In this document: positions 37,314 to 48,600 of the stretch, in pieces
How positions within the stretch are numbered: position 1 is the stretch's first letter
Layout: each line of letters opens with the position of its first letter
Notes under the pieces: generated by a model
Seen by the model: only the letters and a program-made list of their open reading frames with translations
Databases searched by the model: none
What the model was told of the DNA's origin: nothing
Assembly: GCA_002269645.1 (NCBI GenBank)
Contig: NIVC01001486.1
Coordinates: 266,747-330,746 of the forward strand
Direction of reading: 5' to 3'
DNA: 64,000 nt
Origin: Macrostomum lignano
Taxonomy: Eukaryota
Translations under genes and position numbers: made by a program

Positions 37314-37449
37314 TACAATCATGCTTCAAGATGCTTTTAGTTGCGTTAAAAGCGAGAGATTGTGTCGCCTCCACACAAAATGGGTTAAAATAGTCAACTA
37401 AACTGTTTAATAATATTCGCAAGACATCCCAGTCTGGTGCTGCGTTCTC

Positions 37450-38183
37450 TCAGCCACGCTGGTAGAGAGTCCAGTCGGGTCCGGTCAGGCTGGCCGGCGG
37501 GTAGGCGAACGCCAGCAGGTGGCACTCAAGCTGGAGCTGGGAGAAAACGGCGGCCTGGCAGTCGGCTGTGGCGCTGCACCACAGTAGACAGTCCGCGTCA
37601 GATTTGGCAGCAGCCGGCCAGGATGAGGTCTCGGACGAGATGACGGTGAGACTGTTCTGCTTCAGCACAGTGTAGAAGTTTTTGTCTGAAATCAGTTTTG
37701 TCAGTTTAGATGGCAGTTTTACTTTTCACCCATACCGATAAAACGGGTATTATTTCCACTGTGGCAAACAGAATCAATTCACTCACTGGGGTAGCTCAGC
37801 TCGAAGACGGAATTGCGGTTAGCCGCTCCGCACTTCTGCCCCGAATTTCCTGTGCAGAGATTGCTGCACTGGCTTTCTCCGGCTGCACCATGGACTCCGA
37901 AGGAGTTTCCGCAGAAGCACTGCTCACCAACCTGGATACCGAAGTACCGGAAGCCGCCTAGAGAGCAGACGCTACCGCACAGCTCGTGCGTCATTGTGGT
38001 CTTGTTGTACACGTAACCGCCAAATGTGATGCTGAGTTCACCGATGTTGCTGACTCCGAGTAGTCCATTCAAGTCCCTTGAGCTTGAGCTGTCCACATAG
38101 CAGCCTCTGTAAAAGAAACTGATGGACTCAGAGCAGGTCATGAAGGCCAGAAGCCATATAAGCAGTTGCTCAAGTTGATTCAT
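37450..38183 (-). CDS. WSC-PAN secreted protein copy G, join(37450..37685,37787..38183), 210 aa, intact
   Basis: MNQLEQLLIWLLAFMTCSES signal, WSC cysteines, phase-1 GT-AG intron, PAN-like exon ending YQRG*. Confidence 0.88.
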
Positions 38184-38799
38184 TTTCCTAGAAGGAAAAG
38201 CGTGTTAAAGCGCATTTTGGGTTCTCACGCTCACGCTTTTATATTCCGAAGCAATGTCGTTAATTGGACATGGATGGCCAATAGAAGCTTTCTGCTGATA
38301 TTTGGTTCTATTGTTGACAATGCTTTGTTCCCATCTGGATCCGTGATCCATTGGAATGGGAAAGGCTCTGGGATTCGTTGCCATAGTGATGCAATTCCGC
38401 AATAAAGAAATCAATTACTGGGTGCCCGAGAGGCTTGGTAAACAGTGCTGAATTAGAGGGTCCATGGCAGCAATCAAGCATACTCCTATATTAACAGCAC
38501 AATTAATTAATGGCATGCGTGTGGTTTCAGAACAAAAGCCATATGAACAGAAAAAGCTAGAACCTGAACGCCATTAAAGGCAGTAAACAAGAATCGCATC
38601 AGACTACTGGCATCAGATTTTTATAGTCTACTGAATACAAAAGAATTTATTGTCCCTATTTCTGATTAAACTGTTCTCGAATAAATTTCAGCACCACTTT
38701 TTCCATTTTTCTACCGAGAAAAGTAGTCTAAACTGTATCTAAATTATATTTTTGTAGATATGCCTGCGTTACAAAGATGTCGTCAGAAAGTGACTTAAA

Positions 38800-38913
38800 A
38801 CTACGTATCGTGCAGATTGTTGTCGATTTTTAGGCAGATTTGACGCAAAATACGCAAATTATACTACTATTTGAAAATGAAGTAAGTAGTATATGAAAAC
38901 GCTATCCTAAGCG
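38800..38913 (+). repeat. Left terminal inverted repeat (114 bp)
   Basis: Matches the reverse complement of 56921-57034 with about 3 mismatches. Looser inverted similarity extends to about 39130. Confidence 0.92.
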
Positions 38914-40149
38914 GGATATACATGGCAATATGTAGTCGTATATGTACATTAATCCCATGTACTGCATTAATCCCTATCTATCTCAAATTGTATATGTACA
39001 TGTCTACTTCTATGTCTATCCCAATTCTACATGTACATTGTCAACTTGTACAGTGCATACTTCTATATGTACACTTGCGCATTAATCTACTTCTATGACA
39101 ATTTCTATATGTACAGTGTATACATTAATCCCCAATCTTACACGACAGCCCCTGCTCTGCGTATTTGAATCGCCAACCCCCCAAGATTATATGTACAATT
39201 CCAACTCGAAACACTAATTGTTACGTGTACAGCGCAGTATATGCAGAGGTGGGTCGGTGCGCGCGCGACAGCTGTACAATCCGTTGCATGCGCGGAATAT
39301 TTACAAAAACGATACATCCAAATATACTAAATCTCCATTCTATACTATTTTCTGTGTTACAACCTATATATATTGGAATCACTATGCATATCGACCTCTA
39401 AAAGTAAGAATCATGGATGCACGGCACGCGATTTCTCTCTCTGAGACATATTTCCTTACACTTGAAATTGTACAATAACCTATAATACATTGCCTTTATA
39501 TTGAGTATGGGCCTGTACAAATCAAGAGATTAAATCAAGCCTGTACAAATCATATAGAGTTTGGGCCTGTACATGTTGAATCACACTTCAACTCTGCCCA
39601 TATTCAAAATCAACCCCAAGACTGTTCAAAAACAGCCACCCTCCAATGGTCAACAGATTCGTCTTCACAGTGCAGGCCCATATAGCAAATCGAATAGAAC
39701 CACTCGTCCCTGTTCTCCGACCTCCCTATTACTAACTGTCAAGGAATTCCGCCCATTTTCAGTGTACAGACAGATCTATCCACAGCACAGACCCTATATT
39801 AAACATTATTCAGCAAAACCCTCTTCTCCGATTACGTCATCCATGCCGCCCCCAGTTAGCAAGAAACCAACTGTTAATGCACATATGAACACCGCAAATC
39901 CGTGTCCACCAACCTCTACCTGCATTGACATAATACCCTGCTTTTGTCAATGTACACAATCTATGAATCAGTGTCTCCACCGCAATGCAATTCTGATATA
40001 CTTGATTCTAACACATTTGCATAGTGTCTCTTACCCTTGCGTTATACTAGAAGTATGCAATTCTACCTCTCCGCCACGCCTCTCCTGCCCTTATTTACTT
40101 CAAGCTTTCAGACTTGGTCCTGAGATGGTTTAATCTGTTCGAAGCAGGA

Positions 40150-41130
40150 ATGAATCATGCACTGACCTCTCCATATACAAAGTCAAGTTGGAATTTCAAA
40201 GAAGAAATTTGGTTATTTTGAAAGTTAAATGACTAGAAATGCGCATTTTTCATAAGAAAAATACAATTTTTCACAGTTTTTAACGATTTTAACGTTAAAA
40301 TGTAGACTTTATTGACCAAAAGCAGTAGTTTCATCACTAGAAACGATACTTTCAACAGCTAATTTGTCCAAATGTCGTTTTCAACTTGACCTTAGACAGA
40401 TTTGAAGCAAGAATGAATCCCACACAAACATCCACAAGCCAGCCCAGAATCAACCAAAGACATGGCTAGAAATGAGCATTTTTTTATAAGAAAATACAAA
40501 TTTTTCACAGTTTTTACGCATTTTTTACGTTAAAATGCAGACTTTATTGATCAAAATCAGTAATTCATCACTAAAAACCACAATTTTAGCACAAAATTAT
40601 CACAAATGCTACTTCTGGCCACTCTGGGACAGCTTTGAGCAGGAATTATAATCGCACACGGATTACCCGAGCCAGTCCAATTTCCACTAAAGCCATGGTT
40701 TTTTTAAAGCTAATTCATAGAATTTCTCATTCTTTCGTTTAATAAAGGCCAATTTTCACAGTTTTATTATTTTCTAACGTTAAAATGCGAAATGCGAAAT
40801 TATCAAACTTAGTAGTTTCATCCCAAAGGCCATAATTTCAACCGCTAATTTGTCCAAATGCTGATTTCAAAGTTGGCAAGAGACAGCTTTCGAGCAGGAA
40901 TGAGTCACACACTGATCTCCATATGCACACCCCTGCCCAAGTTGGAATTCCACCCAAGACATTTTCATTGAAAGCTAAATTACTAGAAATTGCACATTTT
41001 CGTTTCAAAAAAGGTCAATTTTCACAGTTTTTACTCTTTTTAACGTTAAAATGCGGACTTTATTGAACAAAATTAATCACTTCATCAGCAGAAACCATAA
41101 TTTTTACAACTTAATCATCACAAATGCTGC
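40150..41130. repeat. Four degenerate ~250-bp tandem units inside the element
   Basis: Anchor TTTTCACAGTTTT...ACGTTAAAATG recurs at about 40291, 40527, 40776 and 41042. Confidence 0.75.
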
Positions 41131-41698
41131 TTCATCATTCAAATAGGCATGTATATTGCCCAAGAAGAAGCTGGGGAAGTATTCTATAGACACAGTAAAA
41201 TTGGCGCTAAAAACACAGTCTGCTATTATACAGAATGATTTCAGTATCGATTGCTAAATCATGCCATTGATGCTATTTTAAACGTTATTCTCAGTTCTGA
41301 AGCTCCCAACAGCCTCTTTTAGATGCACTGAATCTGTGTTGTTGCACACACTACATTTTGAATCACCCTTCAATTCAACGATTCCCCACAATACATTCTA
41401 GCCATATTCCAAATTCAACCCAGGAGAATAATAATGTCGCAAATATGGAGAGAACAACACCTACCCCAGCCTCACCAAGGCAATTCTTTACTACCGCGTA
41501 AATGCCATAACTGACTCTCTGCTCAGATCCAATAAAATGCCGCATGGAAAAGGAATTGGCGGGGTATTTTTGACCCCCAACTTTCTATATCAAATGCGGA
41601 ACCGAGAGTACAATCGTACACTAATCTAGAAAATATAGACCCGGGAAGAAAATCACGCACACTTCTCGTGCCCCTACCCCATCCTCCCTCTCGCGGGG

Positions 41699-41706
41699 TA
41701 TATAAA
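41699..41706 (+). promoter_or_regulatory. TATA box (TATATAAA) upstream of the putative pPolB first exon
   Basis: Canonical TATA in a GC-rich context. The first downstream ATG is at 41925 (GAAATGG). Confidence 0.5.
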
Positions 41707-41924
41707 GCGGGTGAGAGCTGCTGCAGCCGCATCAGCAAAAGCAGCCAGCAGCAGCAGAAGCCACAACAGCAGAATCAACTGCTTCAACAGCATCAGCCTG
41801 CAACAGCGGCGACACAGCAGCAGCATCAGCACAGCAGCAGCAGCAACAAAAGCAACAACAGCAGCGCCAACTGCCTCAACAACATCACCAGCAGCATCAA
41901 CAACCATCTACCTTCCCCATCGAA

Positions 41925-42084
41925 ATGGCATCGAAGCGCTCTGCCGCGGAAGCGGCTATTTCAGCCTTGTGGGGGCATGCCGGCCCATCCAGGCAGCAGC
42001 AGCAACCACAGCAGCAGCAGCAGCAACCACAGCAGCAGCAGCATCAGCATCAGCCTCCGGCCGCAAAGAGGGGGCGACAGCTAG
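41925..42084 (+). CDS. Putative exon 1 of the pPolB gene (Gln-rich, basic NLS-like motifs), preceded by a CAG/CAA-rich leader
   Basis: MASKRSAAE...QQQQPQQQQQQPQQQQHQHQPPAAKRGRQL ends at CTAG|GTGAGT (phase 1), which is frame-compatible with the exon starting at 52147. Confidence 0.5.
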
Positions 42085-42649
42085 GTGAGTCTTGTTGCAA
42101 GTCTCTGTGTGTAAAACTATGCTTTTAATCTTTAGCATTTGCGAAATCTAAATTCAGAAAAATAGGGCTGTATAACTGCTTTTCAGCTTTAGCATTTGTG
42201 TGATTTGCAAACTTCACGCTTGTTGAAATATGGGCTTTCTTTGAAACCACAGCTTTCCATCTTTAACATTCGTTTTGGCTTAAAATTTCTGAAGTCAGGC
42301 CGTCCTCCTGCCATAGATATCACATTGAAGTAAAAGGGAAGAAACTGCTTTTGCTTTAGATTTATTTGGATTTCTCAATTCAGGCCTATTGAAATAACAG
42401 AGTTTCGGAGAATATCCGCAACAGCAGTATAGTTGGATAATACCTGTAGAGGATAGTCATAAAATTCCAGGGGCAGTATATGACTCATCCTTGAACTAGA
42501 GAGAGAAGAAGCAAAAAACAGCAATCCTGCGGCGCGAACGTGACTCAGCGGGCATGCAGGCTTTCTGGCAGTGATAAAATCAACCCCCGATTTTTTGGGC
42601 TCGGGGTGATGTATGATGTAATCACCGCTGCAAGCCTTAAGAGCCTTAA

Positions 42650-45600
42650 GAGCCTTAAGTTCACATGAAATCCACATTTATCCCCTTTCTCCCCACAGAG
42701 ATCCCCAAACGCTAAAGTGGTCGGGTTTTCGGCATAACGGGAGCCATTTGGCTCCAAATGAAGGGATTGGCGTAGAGAAATCGGGACCCAATGCTTCAGG
42801 CTCCATTCTAGAGCCTTAAGTTCACATGAAATCCACATTTATCCCCTTTCTCCCCACAGAGATCCCCAAACGCTAAAGTGGTCGGGTTTTCGGCATAACG
42901 GGAGCCATTTGGCTCCAAATGAAGGGATTGGCGTAGAGAAATCGGGACCCAATGCTTCAGGCTCCATTCTAGAGCCTTAAGTTCACATGAAATCCACATT
43001 TATCCCCTTTCTCCCCACAGAGATCCCCAAACGCTAAAGTGGTCGGGTTTTCGGCATAACGGGAGCCATTTGGCTCCAAATGAAGGGATTGGCGTAGAGA
43101 AATCGGGACCCAATGCTTCAGGCTCCATTCTAGAGCCTTAAGTTCACATGAAATCCCATTTATCCCCTTTCTCCCACAGAGATCCCCAAACGCTAAAGTG
43201 GTCGGGTTTTCGGCATAACGGGAGCCATTTGGCTCCAAATGAAGGGATTGGCGTAGAGAAATCGGGACCCAATGCTTCAGGCTCCATTCTAGAGCCTTAA
43301 GTTCACATGAAATCCACATTTATCCCCTTTCTCCCCACAGAGATCCCCAAACGCTAAAGTGGTCGGGTTTTCGGCATAACGGGAGCCATTTGGCTCCAAA
43401 TGAAGGGATTGGCGTAGAGAAATCGGGACCCAATGCTTCAGGCTCCATTCTAGAGCCTTAAGTTCACATGAAATCCACATTTATCCCCTTTCTCCCCACA
43501 GAGATCCCCAAACGCTAAAGTGGTCGGGTTTTCGGCATAACGGGAGCCATTTGGCTCCAAATGAAGGGATTGGCGTAGAGAAATCGGGACCCAATGCTTC
43601 AGGCTCCATTCTAGAGCCTTAAGTTCACATGAAATCCACATTTATCCCCTTTCTCCCCACAGAGATCCCCAAACGCTAAAGTGGTCGGGTTTTCGGCATA
43701 ACGGGAGCCATTTGGCTCCAAATGAAGGGATTGGCGTAGAGAAATCGGGACCCAATGCTTCAGGCTCCATTCTAGAGCCTTAAGTTCACATGAAATCCAC
43801 ATTTATCCCCTTTCTCCCCACAGAGATCCCCAAACGCTAAAGTGGTCGGGTTTTCGGCATAACGGGAGCCATTTGGCTCCAAATGAAGGGATTGGCGTAG
43901 AGAAATCGGGACCCAATGCTTCAGGCTCCATTCTAGAGCCTTAAGTTCACATGAAATCCACATTTATCCCCTTTCTCCCCACAGAGATCCCCAAACGCTA
44001 AAGTGGTCGGGTTTTCGGCATAACGGGAGCCATTTGGCTCCAAATGAAGGGATTGGCGTAGAGAAATCGGGACCCAATGCTTCAGGCTCCATTCTAGAGC
44101 CTTAAGTTCACATGAAATCCACATTTATCCCCTTTCTCCCCACAGAGATCCCCAAACGCTAAAGTGGTCGGGTTTTCGGCATAACGGGAGCCATTTGGCT
44201 CCAAATGAAGGGATTGGCGTAGAGAAATCGGGACCCAATGCTTCAGGCTCCATTCTAGAGCCTTAAGTTCACATGAAATCCACATTTATCCCCTTTCTCC
44301 CCACAGAGATCCCCAAACGCTAAAGTGGTCGGGTTTTCGGCATAACGGGAGCCATTTGGCTCCAAATGAAGGGATTGGCGTAGAGAAATCGGGACCCAAT
44401 GCTTCAGGCTCCATTCTAGAGCCTTAAGTTCACATGAAATCCCATTTATCCCCTTTCTCCCCACAGAGATCCCCAAACGCTAAAGTGGTCGGGTTTTCGG
44501 CATAACGGGAGCCATTTGGCTCCAAATGAAGGGATTGGCGTAGAGAAATCGGGACCCAATGCTTCAGGCTCCATTCTAGAGCCTTAAGTTCACATGAAAT
44601 CCACATTTATCCCCTTTCTCCCCACAGAGATCCCCAAACGCTAAAGTGGTCGGGTTTTCGGCATAACGGGAGCCATTTGGCTCCAAATGAAGGGATTGGC
44701 GTAGAGAAATCGGGACCCAATGCTTCAGGCTCCATTCTAGAGCCTTAAGTTCACATGAAATCCACATTTATCCCCTTTCTCCCCACAGAGATCCCCAAAC
44801 GCTAAAGTGGTCGGGTTTTCGGCATAACGGGAGCCATTTGGCTCCAAATGAAGGGATTGGCGTAGAGAAATCGGGACCCAATGCTTCAGGCTCCATTCTA
44901 GAGCCTTAAGTTCACATGAAATCCACATTTATCCCCTTTCTCCCCACAGAGATCCCCAAACGCTAAAGTGGTCGGGTTTTCGGCATAACGGGAGCCATTT
45001 GGCTCCAAATGAAGGGATTGGCGTAGAGAAATCGGGACCCAATGCTTCAGGCTCCATTCTAGAGCCTTAAGTTCACATGAAATCCACATTTATCCCCTTT
45101 CTCCCCACAGAGATCCCCAAACGCTAAAGTGGTCGGGTTTTCGGCATAACGGGAGCCATTTGGCTCCAAATGAAGGGATTGGCGTAGAGAAATCGGGACC
45201 CAATGCTTCAGGCTCCATTCTAGAGCCTTAAGTTCACATGAAATCCCATTTATCCCCTTTCTCCCCACAGAGATCCCCAAACGCTAAAGTGGTCGGGTTT
45301 TCGGCATAACGGGAGCCATTTGGCTCCAAATGAAGGGATTGGCGTAGAGAAATCGGGACCCAATGCTTCAGGCTCCATTCTAGAGCCTTAAGTTCACATG
45401 AAATCCACATTTATCCCCTTTCTCCCCACAGAGATCCCCAAACGCTAAAGTGGTCGGGTTTTCGGCATAACGGGAGCCATTTGGCTCCAAATGAAGGGAT
45501 TGGCGTAGAGAAATCGGGACCCAATGCTTCAGGCTCCATTCTAGAGCCTTAAGTTCACATGAAATCCACATTTATCCCCTTTCTCCCCACAGAGATCCCC

Positions 45601-48600
45601 AAACGCTAAAGTGGTCGGGTTTTCGGCATAACGGGAGCCATTTGGCTCCAAATGAAGGGATTGGCGTAGAGAAATCGGGACCCAATGCTTCAGGCTCCAT
45701 TCTAGAGCCTTAAGTTCACATGAAATCCCATTTATCCCCTTTCTCCCACAGAGATCCCCAAACGCTAAAGTGGTCGGGTTTTCGGCATAACGGGAGCCAT
45801 TTGGCTCCAAATGAAGGGATTGGCGTAGAGAAATCGGGACCCAATGCTTCAGGCTCCATTCTAGAGCCTTAAGTTCACATGAAATCCACATTTATCCCCT
45901 TTCTCCCCACAGAGATCCCCAAACGCTAAAGTGGTCGGGTTTTCGGCATAACGGGAGCCATTTGGCTCCAAATGAAGGGATTGGCGTAGAGAAATCGGGA
46001 CCCAATGCTTCAGGCTCCATTCTAGAGCCTTAAGTTCACATGAAATCCCATTTATCCCCTTTCTCCCCACAGAGATCCCCAAACGCTAAAGTGGTCGGGT
46101 TTTCGGCATAACGGGAGCCATTTGGCTCCAAATGAAGGGATTGGCGTAGAGAAATCGGGACCCAATGCTTCAGGCTCCATTCTAGAGCCTTAAGTTCACA
46201 TGAAATCCACATTTATCCCCTTTCTCCCCACAGAGATCCCCAAACGCTAAAGTGGTCGGGTTTTCGGCATAACGGGAGCCATTTGGCTCCAAATGAAGGG
46301 ATTGGCGTAGAGAAATCGGGACCCAATGCTTCAGGCTCCATTCTAGAGCCTTAAGTTCACATGAAATCCCATTTATCCCCTTTCTCCCCACAGAGATCCC
46401 CAAACGCTAAAGTGGTCGGGTTTTCGGCATAACGGGAGCCATTTGGCTCCAAATGAAGGGATTGGCGTAGAGAAATCGGGACCCAATGCTTCAGGCTCCA
46501 TTCTAGAGCCTTAAGTTCACATGAAATCCCATTTATCCCCTTTCTCCCACAGAGATCCCCAAACGCTAAAGTGGTCGGGTTTTCGGCATAACGGGAGCCA
46601 TTTGGCTCCAAATGAAGGGATTGGCGTAGAGAAATCGGGACCCAATGCTTCAGGCTCCATTCTAGAGCCTTAAGTTCACATGAAATCCACATTTATCCCC
46701 TTTCTCCCCACAGAGATCCCCAAACGCTAAAGTGGTCGGGTTTTCGGCATAACGGGAGCCATTTGGCTCCAAATGAAGGGATTGGCGTAGAGAAATCGGG
46801 ACCCAATGCTTCAGGCTCCATTCTAGAGCCTTAAGTTCACATGAAATCCACATTTATCCCCTTTCTCCCACAGAGATCCCCAAACGCTAAAGTGGTCGGG
46901 TTTTCGGCATAACGGGAGCCATTTGGCTCCAAATGAAGGGATTGGCGTAGAGAAATCGGGACCCAATGCTTCAGGCTCCATTCTAGAGCCTTAAGTTCAC
47001 ATGAAATCCACATTTATCCCCTTTCTCCCCACAGAGATCCCCAAACGCTAAAGTGGTCGGGTTTTCGGCATAACGGGAGCCATTTGGCTCCAAATGAAGG
47101 GATTGGCGTAGAGAAATCGGGACCCAATGCTTCAGGCTCCATTCTAGAGCCTTAAGTTCACATGAAATCCCATTTATCCCCTTTCTCCCCACAGAGATCC
47201 CCAAACGCTAAAGTGGTCGGGTTTTCGGCATAACGGGAGCCATTTGGCTCCAAATGAAGGGATTGGCGTAGAGAAATCGGGACCCAATGCTTCAGGCTCC
47301 ATTCTAGAGCCTTAAGTTCACATGAAATCCCATTTATCCCCTTTCTCCCACAGAGATCCCCAAACGCTAAAGTGGTCGGGTTTTCGGCATAACGGGAGCC
47401 ATTTGGCTCCAAATGAAGGGATTGGCGTAGAGAAATCGGGACCCAATGCTTCAGGCTCCATTCTAGAGCCTTAAGTTCACATGAAATCCACATTTATCCC
47501 CTTTCTCCCACAGAGATCCCCAAACGCTAAAGTGGTCGGGTTTTCGGCATAACGGGAGCCATTTGGCTCCAAATGAAGGGATTGGCGTAGAGAAATCGGG
47601 ACCCAATGCTTCAGGCTCCATTCTAGAGCCTTAAGTTCACATGAAATCCACATTTATCCCCTTTCTCCCCACAGAGATCCCCAAACGCTAAAGTGGTCGG
47701 GTTTTCGGCATAACGGGAGCCATTTGGCTCCAAATGAAGGGATTGGCGTAGAGAAATCGGGACCCAATGCTTCAGGCTCCATTCTAGAGCCTTAAGTTCA
47801 CATGAAATCCCATTTATCCCCTTTCTCCCACAGAGATCCCCAAACGCTAAAGTGGTCGGGTTTTCGGCATAACGGGAGCCATTTGGCTCCAAATGAAGGG
47901 ATTGGCGTAGAGAAATCGGGACCCAATGCTTCAGGCTCCATTCTAGAGCCTTAAGTTCACATGAAATCCACATTTATCCCCTTTCTCCCCACAGAGATCC
48001 CCAAACGCTAAAGTGGTCGGGTTTTCGGCATAACGGGAGCCATTTGGCTCCAAATGAAGGGATTGGCGTAGAGAAATCGGGACCCAATGCTTCAGGCTCC
48101 ATTCTAGAGCCTTAAGTTCACATGAAATCCCATTTATCCCCTTTCTCCCACAGAGATCCCCAAACGCTAAAGTGGTCGGGTTTTCGGCATAACGGGAGCC
48201 ATTTGGCTCCAAATGAAGGGATTGGCGTAGAGAAATCGGGACCCAATGCTTCAGGCTCCATTCTAGAGCCTTAAGTTCACATGAAATCCACATTTATCCC
48301 CTTTCTCCCCACAGAGATCCCCAAACGCTAAAGTGGTCGGGTTTTCGGCATAACGGGAGCCATTTGGCTCCAAATGAAGGGATTGGCGTAGAGAAATCGG
48401 GACCCAATGCTTCAGGCTCCATTCTAGAGCCTTAAGTTCACATGAAATCCCATTTATCCCCTTTCTCCCCACAGAGATCCCCAAACGCTAAAGTGGTCGG
48501 GTTTTCGGCATAACGGGAGCCATTTGGCTCCAAATGAAGGGATTGGCGTAGAGAAATCGGGACCCAATGCTTCAGGCTCCATTCTAGAGCCTTAAGTTCA

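Noticed and set aside
39561-40133. 190-aa ORF as the element's integrase or another viral gene
   Set aside because: No ATG start, Pro/Ser/Thr-rich, and no DDE, zinc-finger or Walker motif visible. An HMM search is still needed.
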